Below are positions 1 to 9,017 of a stretch of DNA of 64,000 nucleotides, piece by piece (the first letter of the stretch is position 1; each line of letters begins with the position of its first letter). The notes beneath the pieces are model-generated. The model was given only the letters and a program-made list of their open reading frames with translations. It ran no database searches and was not told the origin of the DNA. A program made the translations under genes and the position numbers. The stretch comes from Terrimicrobiaceae bacterium (GTDB taxonomy: Bacteria; Verrucomicrobiota; Verrucomicrobiia; Chthoniobacterales; Terrimicrobiaceae): positions 1 to 64,000 of the forward strand of contig JBIIPZ010000008.1 of the NCBI GenBank assembly GCA_044342325.1, in the 5' to 3' direction.

Positions 1-126
1 GCGGGAAAAATCGGGAGCTGGATTTGCGGCATACCCCACTATCAGCACACGAGAGGAAGTCCTTCAATTCGGTTCATTGCGCTTCCTCGAAAGCGGTGCA
101 CGCCTCCCGAAGGTCAGGATGTCTGA
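1..126 (-). mobile_element. End of a probable insertion sequence running off the window edge; first ORF starts at 32 (MPQIQLPIFPA...)
   Basis: The metallophosphoesterase frame stops prematurely inside TCAGACATCCTGACC (minus strand, 126-112). A TTGAAG-N18-GATAGT promoter-like motif and ATG at 32 follow, encoding MPQIQLPIFP, an N-terminus I recall from HTH ORFs that precede putative transposases. Confidence 0.6.
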
Positions 127-914
127 ACATGCCGTCCACCCGGCAGGCAAATTTGACCTCCGTGCGTGTGGCCGCTCAGTTGCAGCGCAAAACCGTGGGC
201 AGCGGCTTCGGCATATGTTTCTGGACTGTGTGCAAGGAGGATCACAAAAGCATCCGCCGGAGCTTTTTTTCGCGTCCCGGCGAGATCGTGTGTTTGAAAA
301 TAATGCGGGTCGTCCACTCCGGCGATCCACAGAGAATCCCCGCCGCGCCGGATTTCTGCTGTTTCGTTCAGTAGGATCGGAAGCCCGTCCCGCTCGAGGT
401 CCAGCACCATTTCCAAGGGATCGTGATTTCCAAGGATTCCCCAGCAATCGGGTGCCAATGCCCTCCGTAGCTCTGCCATCGCCTGCGTGGCGGCCCCATG
501 GTCGCCTTCCATACCATTCCGGTAGTCGCCCGTGAGAACCGCCGCGTCGTGAGGGATTTGTTTGACCAAATCAATCACGATAGGCATGAGGGCGGGCTCT
601 AGGTCGCAGTGCAGGTCGGTGAGATGCAGGAGGCGAAATCCCTCGAAGGACGGCGGGAGATTCGGAAAAAACCATTCCTTTTCCTCGAGACGAACATCCA
701 AAAAATCCGCCCGCATCCGCTTTTTGAGGCCCGTGAGGTGCAGGATTCGTGAAAGCCACCAATCGAATGGCAGGATGCGTTCGATGCGAAAAATACCGCG
801 TCCCTGATGCAGGAACTTCGTGAGCTTGTCGTGCTGGCGCTTCAGCTTCTTGGCGTGAAGCTCATCGCCCAAGCGGCTCTGGAGTGCGGACACTCCCTGG
901 GCCGAATGGATCAA
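114..914 (-). pseudogene. Calcineurin-like metallophosphoesterase (YkuE/YaeI-like), C-terminally truncated
   Basis: Motifs DLH, TGD, GNHD, LAHSP and SGHTHGGQ are present. The frame ends 12 aa after GHTHGGQ and lacks the usual SRG.G...R..CPPEI tail. Start (TTG 914 or GTG 893) is uncertain. Confidence 0.75.
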
Positions 915-1495
915 GGCTTCTTGACCGGCGGCGGCGTGGCGTAGCGCAGGGGCTTGAAAAGACCGGTCTCGCCTTCCTTTGTCCAATAAATCTCAGCCAC
1001 GCGTTTCCAGTCCTTCGCGTTGTCCTCTGCATAGAGTGTTCCATCTTTGAGGCGTGAACGGATTTCCTTGCGGAGTTCGAGTCCGGTGGCGTTCTCAGGC
1101 GAGTCGAGTTGGAGCGGACGCAGGCGCACGGTGACCTGATCAATCATCTGAGCGTGCAGAAAAACATGGGCGCCTTCGGGGAGGTTTGCGGAATTTTTCA
1201 AACTGCGCAGCGTGAAGAAGAGCGAATTCCCAACACGCGATGACCAGGCTTCGAAATCATACTCGCGTCTGCCGTTTCCGCCTTTGGGAGCGAGCGAGAC
1301 ATGCACGCTGTAGCGGTCTTGCGAAAGGGGGGCCACGACTGCAGTGGATGTGCCGCCTTTTTCATTCAGTTCCCATTCGCCGAGAAGCCAGGTGTTCAAG
1401 TCCTCCGATGGCTTAGTCGTCAGCGGGTTCTCAAAGCGACATCCTACCAGCAAAAGCGGCAGGAGAATCAGGGCCAGTCGTGCAAAAATCCTCAT
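911..1495 (-). CDS. Hypothetical lipoprotein
   Basis: MRIFARLALILLPLLLVGC signal with lipobox LVGC; ATG lies 8 bp after the glgC stop. Confidence 0.75.
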   Translation of the reverse strand: MRIFARLALILLPLLLVGCRFENPLTTKPSEDLNTWLLGEWELNEKGGTSTAVVAPLSQDRYSVHVSLAPKGGNGRREYDFEAWSSRVGNSLFFTLRSLKNSANLPEGAHVFLHAQMIDQVTVRLRPLQLDSPENATGLELRKEIRSRLKDGTLYAEDNAKDWKRVAEIYWTKEGETGLFKPLRYATPPPVKKP

Positions 1496-1502
1496 CCCAG
1501 CG

Positions 1503-2798
1503 CTATATCCGAGTTCCGTCGGGAATGACACTGTTTTTCGGGACGACCACAATGCCGTCACGGATGTAATACCCGTCGCCGTCGAAGTTTTCCGATTCCG
1601 ATTTGGAAGTAATCACTACGCCGGTGCCGATTCGGGCGTTCTTGTCGATGATGGCTCCCTCGATCGAGCAGTTCGCTCCCACGCCGATCGGAGGCACTCC
1701 CTCAGGGCGCTCGTCTTTGGGCGACTCGTAGAGGTCGGCTCCCATCATGACCGTGTTTTTCATGGTTGTGCCGGATCCGACAATACTGCGAATACCGAGC
1801 ACACAGCGCTCGAGTGTGGCGTCGCCCAGCACGCATCCATCGGAAATCATGGCCCGTTTCAAATGGGCACCCTCAATCACACTGGCTGGTAGGCATAGAG
1901 GTTGCGAGTAAACCGGCGCTCCCGCGACATAGAAGCTGAATTTCGGGTTCCGGTCCGCCATCTCCAGGTTGGCGTCGAAGAACGAGCGGATGGTGCCGAT
2001 GTCCTCCCAGTAGCCTTCGAAAATGTGCGCCATGACCTTGCGATGCTCGATCGCGGCGGGAATGATGTTTTTTCCAAAGTCCACGAGATCGTTGTCGAGG
2101 CTCGAAATGAGCGCCTCACGGTTGAAAACATAAATACCCATCGAGGCTTGGAAGAGTTCCTCCTCTGGGGAATGCCCGATCTGCCCAAGAAGCTCGCCGG
2201 GAATCCGGAGCGAGTCGATCACGGCCGGATCCTTGGGTTTTTCCACGAAGCGCGTGATGCGCCGCTCGCTGTCCGTGGCCATGATGCCGAATCCGGGCAC
2301 AGCCTTGCGCTCGACCGGAATCGTTCCAATCGTCAGGTCTGCTCCGGAGTCGATGTGCTGGCGGATCATCTCGCGATAATCCATCCGGTAAAGCTGGTCT
2401 CCGCTTAGAATGATAAAATATTTGCAACGGTGCTCGAGAAAGTATCGCAGGTTTTGCCTCACCGCATCGGCTGTGCCCTGATACCAACGCGCCCCCTCGG
2501 GGGTTTGCTGGGCGGCGAGAATCTCGACGAAGCTGGGAGTGAAGTTGTCGAATTTGTAGCTCTCGTTGATGTGGCTGTGGAGCGAAGCGCTATTGAACTG
2601 GGTGAGGATGTAAATGCCGCGCAGTCCCGAGTTCAGGCAGTTGCTAATTGGGATATCCACCAGTCGATACTTGCCACCAAGTGGAACGGCAGGCTTCGAG
2701 CGCTCCTTGGTAAGAGGGAAGAGTCGTGTGCCGGCACCGCCGCCCATGATGATGGCCAGCGTGTCGGACTTAAAAGAGGAGGAGGGTTGGACGGTCAT
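1503..2798 (-). CDS. glgC: Glucose-1-phosphate adenylyltransferase
   Basis: GGGAGTRLFPLTKERSKPAVP, GTADAV, LSGDQLYRMDY, FVEKP, YWEDIGT and C-terminal hexapeptide repeats; true start is ATG 2798. Confidence 0.97.
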   Translation of the reverse strand: MTVQPSSSFKSDTLAIIMGGGAGTRLFPLTKERSKPAVPLGGKYRLVDIPISNCLNSGLRGIYILTQFNSASLHSHINESYKFDNFTPSFVEILAAQQTPEGARWYQGTADAVRQNLRYFLEHRCKYFIILSGDQLYRMDYREMIRQHIDSGADLTIGTIPVERKAVPGFGIMATDSERRITRFVEKPKDPAVIDSLRIPGELLGQIGHSPEEELFQASMGIYVFNREALISSLDNDLVDFGKNIIPAAIEHRKVMAHIFEGYWEDIGTIRSFFDANLEMADRNPKFSFYVAGAPVYSQPLCLPASVIEGAHLKRAMISDGCVLGDATLERCVLGIRSIVGSGTTMKNTVMMGADLYESPKDERPEGVPPIGVGANCSIEGAIIDKNARIGTGVVITSKSESENFDGDGYYIRDGIVVVPKNSVIPDGTRI

Positions 2799-2846
2799 AG
2801 CGTTGGGAAGCTTGCGCGAGAGGCAAACTGTTGTCACGTTGCTTTT

Positions 2847-4694
2847 ATGTGCGGAATTGTTGCTTACATAGGATCCTCCAATGCCCTTCCTGTCCTCCTC
2901 GATGGCCTGCGCCGCTTGGAATACCGAGGATATGATTCCGCAGGAGTAGCGTTGCTTCAGTCTGGGCATATTGATGTCAGAAAAGCCGTTGGACGCATTG
3001 CCAATCTGGCTGAGGAGATCGAAAAAAATCCCGTTTCGGGTCAAATCGGCATCAGCCATACCCGGTGGGCGACTCATGGCGCGGTGACACGCGAAAACGC
3101 GCACCCCCACTCGGACCGCTCGGGCCGTCTTTACCTCGTGCACAATGGCGTCATTGAAAACTACCAGACTCTTCGCGAGCAACTCATCGAACGGGGGCAT
3201 GAATTTCACTCTCAAACGGACACAGAGGTTCTGGCGCATCTCGTCGGCGAAGCATTTGACCAGTCCGCTACTCGCGACAAGGGGTCGCTGGTTGAGGCCC
3301 TTCGCAGCGCCCTGCGTCAGGTCATCGGGACCTATGGCATCTCGGTCGTGCATGCGGATGTCCCTGGCCTCATCGTCGGCGCGCGGCGCGGAAGCCCCCT
3401 CGTGCTGGGCATAGGCAAGGATGAGCATTTTTTGGCCAGCGATGTCAGCGCGATCGTGGCTCACACCCGCGATGTGGTTTACCTGAACGACTACGAGATC
3501 GTCGCTCTCCAGGCCGAGGGATTTGAGATTTCCACCGTCTCAGGTGGCGGAGTGGGCTTTCAGATCAGCCGGGTTGAGTTCGATGCCTCGTCGGTGGACA
3601 AGGGGAAATACTCGCACTACATGCTCAAGGAAATCCACGAGCAACCGAACACCGTTCGTGATGCCATGCGCGGGCGCCTTTCCCTCGAAGAAGCCACGGC
3701 GAAGCTCGGCGGGCTCAACATGACGAACTCCGAGCTGCGCGCCGTGGATCGCATCGTGCTCGCAGGCTGTGGAACGGCTTTCCATTCAGCCATGACGGGT
3801 GAATACATCATCGAGTCGCTCTCACACATTCCCGTGGAGTGTGAGTTTGCCAGCGAGTTCCGCTACCGCAATATCCCTCTCCAGCGCGACACACTCGCTT
3901 TTGTCATCAGCCAAAGCGGGGAGACGGCCGACACTCTTGCCGCACTGCGCGAGAGCCAGCGCAAAGGGCATCGCACGCTTGGCATCTGCAATAATGTCGC
4001 CAGCACGATCGCCCGTGAAAGCGATGGCGGCGTCTACATGCACGCAGGACCGGAGATCGGCGTCGCCGCAACGAAGTCCTTCACCTCGCAGCTCACGATT
4101 TTCACCCTCCTCGGACTTCTTTTGGGCCGCATTCGCCATCTCTCGCACAGCGAGGGACGCGATATGATCGCTCAGATGGAAAAACTGACCGACCTCGTGG
4201 CGCGCACGCTTGAGTTGGAGACGCAGGTCGCCGCTATCGCCAAAAAATACGCTCAGGCGAACAACTTCCTCTTTATGGGCCGCCAGGCGCACTATCCGAT
4301 TGCTCTCGAGGGGGCGCTGAAGCTTAAGGAAATCAGCTACATCTCCGCCTCGGGCTATCCCAGTGCCGAACTTAAGCATGGCGTGATTGCACTCATCACC
4401 GAGAATACTCCCTCTCTCTTCATCGCTCCTCAGGATGCGGTTTTTGAGAAGAACATCAGCAACATCGAAGAGGTTAAGGCCCGCAAAGGTCCGGTCATCG
4501 CGATTGGCACGGAGGGCGACACCGCCCTGAAAAAAATCTGCGACGATGTGATTCTGATACCCGACGCTCCGCACTATCTGTCGCCGATTCTCAGCGTCAT
4601 TCCTTTGCAACTGCTGTCCTACTACATAGCGGTGGAACTTGGCTGCGATGTCGACAAGCCTCGCAACCTTGCGAAGAGCGTGACGGTCGAATAA
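2847..4694 (+). CDS. glmS: Glutamine--fructose-6-phosphate aminotransferase (isomerizing)
   Basis: MCGIV N-terminus, LEYRGYDSAG, HTRWATHG, SQSGETADT, DKPRNLAKSVTVE C-terminus. Confidence 0.98.
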   Translation: MCGIVAYIGSSNALPVLLDGLRRLEYRGYDSAGVALLQSGHIDVRKAVGRIANLAEEIEKNPVSGQIGISHTRWATHGAVTRENAHPHSDRSGRLYLVHNGVIENYQTLREQLIERGHEFHSQTDTEVLAHLVGEAFDQSATRDKGSLVEALRSALRQVIGTYGISVVHADVPGLIVGARRGSPLVLGIGKDEHFLASDVSAIVAHTRDVVYLNDYEIVALQAEGFEISTVSGGGVGFQISRVEFDASSVDKGKYSHYMLKEIHEQPNTVRDAMRGRLSLEEATAKLGGLNMTNSELRAVDRIVLAGCGTAFHSAMTGEYIIESLSHIPVECEFASEFRYRNIPLQRDTLAFVISQSGETADTLAALRESQRKGHRTLGICNNVASTIARESDGGVYMHAGPEIGVAATKSFTSQLTIFTLLGLLLGRIRHLSHSEGRDMIAQMEKLTDLVARTLELETQVAAIAKKYAQANNFLFMGRQAHYPIALEGALKLKEISYISASGYPSAELKHGVIALITENTPSLFIAPQDAVFEKNISNIEEVKARKGPVIAIGTEGDTALKKICDDVILIPDAPHYLSPILSVIPLQLLSYYIAVELGCDVDKPRNLAKSVTVE

Positions 4695-4707
4695 AGGCCG
4701 CCGGAGA

Positions 4708-5943
4708 CTATTTTTTGAGTTTCCGGCGCAGGAAGGTCGGGACATCCAGGTCCTCACCTTCCACGATCGTCGGTTCGACCTTTTCAAACCGTCCGCGCGC
4801 GATGGGTTCGAGTGGAAGGTCCTCCTGCTTCACTTTCGGAGCGCCTGTTTTCGGTTCGGCGTGTGTCGACGGAGGTGGGGTTGATTGAATGGCATCCTCC
4901 TGAAACAAGGCGGGAGGGGTCGTGCGCACGGGCTCCACTGTGGGAATTGGTGCCGCTGCTTCGATCTTTACAGCCGTGCCGCAGTGCCCGATGAGCGTGA
5001 CAATGAGAGGCGCGGAATCATCACGCGCCACACTCACTCCCAGGTGCAGAAGGGATGTGGGAGCGGTATTTTTCGAAATCTCCTGCATGATGGCGGCCAC
5101 TTCCGCAAAGGTGAGCGTGCGTGGTCCTGAAAGGTGGACCAGCACCTTCTTGGCATCGTGGAGGAGGCGTCCCCGGTCGAGAAGAGGGCTTCGGAGCGCC
5201 TGCTCGAGAGCCTCGTGGGCGCGGTTCGCGCCATCCGCCTCTCCGCTGCCGAACAAAAATGCGCCGCCTCCGCTGCGGAGGATACCGAGCAGGTCGGGCA
5301 CAGCCACCGCCATAGGACCGGGACAGGAAATCAGCCGTGTGAGGGATGCCACCGATTGGAAGAGAATATTGTCGCACGCCGCGAATGTCTCCTCCGCCTC
5401 GGTGCGCGGAGCGGTGATTTCCGCCATGCGATCGTTTTCAAAATGCACGATGGCGTCTGCATGGCGGGCGATGCCTTGCATGGCCTCCTGCGCCTGCTGG
5501 GATCGGCGGCGTCCTTCGAACTGAAACGGAGTTGTTACCACTGCGATCACAAGCGACCCGTTGGCACGCGCCAATTCGGCGAGTTGAGGGGTCGTGGCGC
5601 TACCTGTTCCTCCACCGAGACCCGCGCAAAGAAAAACAACATCGGCACCCTGGACCGACTGGCGAAGTTCGCTCATGGATTCACGGGCGGCCTCAAGCGC
5701 CATTTCGGGATCGCCCCCGGCTCCGAGGCCGTGAGTTGTCATCGGGCCAAGCGCCGTTTTTCGGGATGCCACCGAAGCGTTCAGCGATTGCTGGTCCGAG
5801 TTCAGCGCAACCGTTTCAAGGGGCAGGGAAGCTCGGACGGCGATGCGGTCCGCGATGTTCACACCGGCATTGCCGATGCCGAGAAGTCTGAGAACCGGTT
5901 CCTTACCGGTGCCACGATCAAGCCAACGGGGATAGGTAATCAT
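4708..5943 (-). CDS. ftsZ: Cell division protein FtsZ (divergent)
   Basis: GLGAGGDPE, GLGGGTGS, PFQFEGRRR, ALRSPLL and C-terminal DLDVPTFLRRK; last gene of the dcw cluster, after ftsA. Confidence 0.93.
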   Translation of the reverse strand: MITYPRWLDRGTGKEPVLRLLGIGNAGVNIADRIAVRASLPLETVALNSDQQSLNASVASRKTALGPMTTHGLGAGGDPEMALEAARESMSELRQSVQGADVVFLCAGLGGGTGSATTPQLAELARANGSLVIAVVTTPFQFEGRRRSQQAQEAMQGIARHADAIVHFENDRMAEITAPRTEAEETFAACDNILFQSVASLTRLISCPGPMAVAVPDLLGILRSGGGAFLFGSGEADGANRAHEALEQALRSPLLDRGRLLHDAKKVLVHLSGPRTLTFAEVAAIMQEISKNTAPTSLLHLGVSVARDDSAPLIVTLIGHCGTAVKIEAAAPIPTVEPVRTTPPALFQEDAIQSTPPPSTHAEPKTGAPKVKQEDLPLEPIARGRFEKVEPTIVEGEDLDVPTFLRRKLKK

Positions 5944-5950
5944 AGAAAAT

Positions 5951-7159
5951 TCACATTCTGCCGCTGAAAAAGCCCTTCAGTCGCTCCAGGATCGACGCGT
6001 CTGGCATCTCGGCATGCACGGCCTGCGCGTATTTCGCCGCGCCGATGCATGTGGAGAGCTGGGGGTTTTCAAAGGCTGACATCGGGCCCGAAACAGATTG
6101 CGCATGGGCGAGATAGACCGGTGTTCCGGGAAAGACCGATTCCGCCGCTTCGCGGATTCCCCGGAGGAGGCTGCAGCCGCCTGTGAGAAGGATGCCTGCT
6201 CCGAGGAGGTGTTCCGGAACGACCTCTTGAATGCGCTTGCGGAGAATACCGAAGAGTTCCTCAAGGCGGGCCTGGATGATCATGTTCAGCATGAGGCGCT
6301 CGATGTCCCGGCCCGAAAATCCCGTGTCGTTCTTGAGCGTGATTTTGTCGCTGGCAGAAATGTTGTCGGTGATGGCCGAGCCCTCCTCGATTTTGAGTTT
6401 CTCAGCGCGGGCGATCGGAATCCGGAGGCCGATGCAGAGATCGTTAGTGATATGGTCGCCGCCGATCGCGATGACTCCGCTGTGGCAAACCGCCCCGTCT
6501 TTGTAAACGATGTAGTCGGTCACACCGCCGCCGATGTCGATGAGCACGGCGCCGGCCTGTTTCTGTTGCTCGTCCAAGACGACCTGTGCGGAGGCCACTG
6601 AATTCACCACGATGTCCTCGACATCGATATCAAATTCACGGACACAGCGAATCGCGTTCTGAATGCGGTTCGTCACGCCGTGGATGATGTGAAAATCTGC
6701 ATCCAGCTTGGTTCCCATCATGCCGTGAGGGTCGATGACACCCTCCTGTCCATCGACATAGTAGCGTTGGATGACGGAGTGGATGATTACATCCTCCTTC
6801 GGAATGCCGGCCTCCTTGGCTTTAAATTCCACGCTTTCTATTTCCTTGGCCGTGATGGTGGATTCCTCCGGCAGGGTCACGGAACTGCGGTTGTTGAAGC
6901 TCTTGATGTGGCTGCCCGAAATGGCCAGCCAGACACCTTTGATCTCATGGTCGCTGCGGTCTTCAGCATCAGCCAAGGCGTCGTGAACGCACTGGGTCGC
7001 GTTTTTGAAATCAACAATCTCGCCCTTTCGGACTCCGCGCGATGGACTTTCTCCCACACCCAAAATCCGCATTTCCCCGTCGCGGTGGCATTCCGCCACG
7101 ACAGCGCATACCTTGGTGGTTCCGATTTCCAGTCCGACGTGAATTTTTTCGCGGGCCAT
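5951..7159 (-). CDS. ftsA: Cell division protein FtsA
   Basis: GLEIGTTKV, DIGGGVTD, GGDHITNDL, LTGGCS; position in dcw cluster. Confidence 0.96.
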   Translation of the reverse strand: MAREKIHVGLEIGTTKVCAVVAECHRDGEMRILGVGESPSRGVRKGEIVDFKNATQCVHDALADAEDRSDHEIKGVWLAISGSHIKSFNNRSSVTLPEESTITAKEIESVEFKAKEAGIPKEDVIIHSVIQRYYVDGQEGVIDPHGMMGTKLDADFHIIHGVTNRIQNAIRCVREFDIDVEDIVVNSVASAQVVLDEQQKQAGAVLIDIGGGVTDYIVYKDGAVCHSGVIAIGGDHITNDLCIGLRIPIARAEKLKIEEGSAITDNISASDKITLKNDTGFSGRDIERLMLNMIIQARLEELFGILRKRIQEVVPEHLLGAGILLTGGCSLLRGIREAAESVFPGTPVYLAHAQSVSGPMSAFENPQLSTCIGAAKYAQAVHAEMPDASILERLKGFFSGRM

Positions 7160-8097
7160 CAGTTTTTCTTGGGTTTGGATTTTTGAGGGATCGACTTTTG
7201 CTTGTCCGAAATGGGTTCCGGCGGTGCAGCCATGACAAATTTGACGGGGGTGTTTTTTGCTACCATGAGGTTCACAGATTCGATCTCGCGTCCGGTGTCG
7301 CGGCAGTGCTCAAGCAAGCGCTGGAGCTTCATCAACTGGGTGGGGAAGTCGCCAGAAGCAAATTTCACCCGCGCGTTTTGGTCGGTGAGGGCATCGATGC
7401 AATAGCCCTTGCTGATATTCAGCGAGCGTATGACCAGCAGGGATTTCTCTTGGTCCCGGGCCTCGCGCAGAAGGGTCAGGGCATTTTTCAAATCATCCCC
7501 TTCGAGAAGGCTGCCCTCTTGGATTTTCTCCACCTTCACGCCGTAGATGATCGGGAGTTGGTGGTATTCCTGTTGAAGGAGCCTCGGCTTCATGAGGAAG
7601 CCGGAGTCGTCCACAAGCAGCATGGAGCTTGGATCGTAATCCACCGATGAGTCGGAGGACTTGGAAACCCAAGCCACGGGAATGCGGCGGGTGAGCGCGA
7701 TTTCAATGCGGTCGGGCATGATGCGTTCGATGGAAACATCCGCAACCATCGGGATCTCGCGAAGTTTGTGGTCGATGCCTGCAATATCGATGCGAAAGAT
7801 GTTGTCGCCGGATTGGATTCCGGTTTCCGCAAGCAGGTCCTCCTGCGTCATGACGCCGTCCAGTTCGATTTCGAGTTCGCAGAGGTTGTAGGCGGGATTG
7901 GAGAAAAAGAATTTATCCAGGGCTTTGTTGAGGCCGAACCAAATTAGCCCGCAAGCCACGGCCACGATGAGCGTAACCGCGCAGAGTTGTCCAATCAGGC
8001 GCTGGCGTTTTCTCTGCGCCGTGCGGGCGCGCATCTTCACATTCAGGTAGTGCACCCCGTTCGGCGTTCGTTTCTTTGTGGCGGAGGCTGATTTCAT
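7159..8097 (-). CDS. ftsQ: Cell division protein FtsQ/DivIB (POTRA domain)
   Basis: Basic N-terminus, one TM helix, POTRA-like NIFRIDI...VSIERIMPDRIEI...R.PVA; lies between ddl and ftsA. Confidence 0.88.
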   Translation of the reverse strand: MKSASATKKRTPNGVHYLNVKMRARTAQRKRQRLIGQLCAVTLIVAVACGLIWFGLNKALDKFFFSNPAYNLCELEIELDGVMTQEDLLAETGIQSGDNIFRIDIAGIDHKLREIPMVADVSIERIMPDRIEIALTRRIPVAWVSKSSDSSVDYDPSSMLLVDDSGFLMKPRLLQQEYHQLPIIYGVKVEKIQEGSLLEGDDLKNALTLLREARDQEKSLLVIRSLNISKGYCIDALTDQNARVKFASGDFPTQLMKLQRLLEHCRDTGREIESVNLMVAKNTPVKFVMAAPPEPISDKQKSIPQKSKPKKN

Positions 8098-9017
8098 CAC
8101 GGCTTCTTCTTCGCAAGCGATAGTCCGGCGATTTCCTCGCAGAGGGATGGGAAGTCGAGTCCAGCCACGGCTGCCGCCTTGGGTAGAAGGCTCAACTCGG
8201 TCATGCCCGGGATGGTGTTAATTTCCAAAACACTCATCGAGCCGTCCGGCGCGAGCAGGATGTCCACGCGGGAGTAAACTTCGAGCCCGAGAGCGAGGTG
8301 CGCTGCGCAGGCGGTGGACTGGACACTGGCTGCTTGGGCCTCTGTCAGAGGAGCAGGAACGAAATATTCGGATGCCCCACTGGTGTATTTGTGGTCGTAA
8401 TCGTAGAAACCATCGTGGGGAACGATCTCGACAACCGGCAGAGCCTCGCCGCCGAGGATTCCCACGGTCAGTTCCCTGCCTACAAAGAAACTTTCGATAA
8501 GCACTTCCTCGCCATATTGGAAGCAGTCCTCCAGCGCGGCGGGAAGTGCTGAGGCCTCACGGATGATGTGCACGCCCACGCTGGAGCCTTGGCGTGGTGC
8601 TTTTACGACATAAGGCAACGGGAGGCTCGGGGACTCTCCTTGACGGATTTTTTGCCATGTCGATGTCGGCACTCCCGCGCGGTCGAAGGCTTCTTTCGAA
8701 AGGATTTTGTCGAACGCCGTGTGGCTGCCCGCAATTCCCTCGCCTGTGTAGGGTATGCCCCGGTCATGGAGGATCGATTGCAGTTGGCCGTCCTCACCGA
8801 ATGTGCCGTGGATGATGTTGAATGCCAGATCCACCGATTCGGGCAGGTTTATTTCCGTGGTGGTGACATCGATTTCAACGACCTGGGCCCCGGCGGCGCG
8901 GACGGCTTTCGCAACGGCAGTTCCTGAGCGGAGTGACACATCGCGCTCTTTGCCTGGGCCGCCCTTGAGAAGCGCCACGGTTTTGTTTTTCAGAATTCCG
9001 GAATGCTGTTGCTTCAT
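8097..9017 (-). CDS. ddl: D-alanine--D-alanine ligase
   Basis: HGTFGEDG, GSSVGV, FYDYDHKY, LEINTIPGMTELSLLP. Confidence 0.96.
   Translation of the reverse strand: MKQQHSGILKNKTVALLKGGPGKERDVSLRSGTAVAKAVRAAGAQVVEIDVTTTEINLPESVDLAFNIIHGTFGEDGQLQSILHDRGIPYTGEGIAGSHTAFDKILSKEAFDRAGVPTSTWQKIRQGESPSLPLPYVVKAPRQGSSVGVHIIREASALPAALEDCFQYGEEVLIESFFVGRELTVGILGGEALPVVEIVPHDGFYDYDHKYTSGASEYFVPAPLTEAQAASVQSTACAAHLALGLEVYSRVDILLAPDGSMSVLEINTIPGMTELSLLPKAAAVAGLDFPSLCEEIAGLSLAKKKP

Noticed and set aside
2799..2846. glmS ribozyme
   Set aside because: Only 48 bp separate the divergent starts and no ribozyme core is visible.
2430..3464. Apparent long overlap of the glgC (653 aa) and glmS (754 aa) ORFs
   Set aside because: Both extensions are antisense read-through; the conserved N-termini start at 2798 and 2847.
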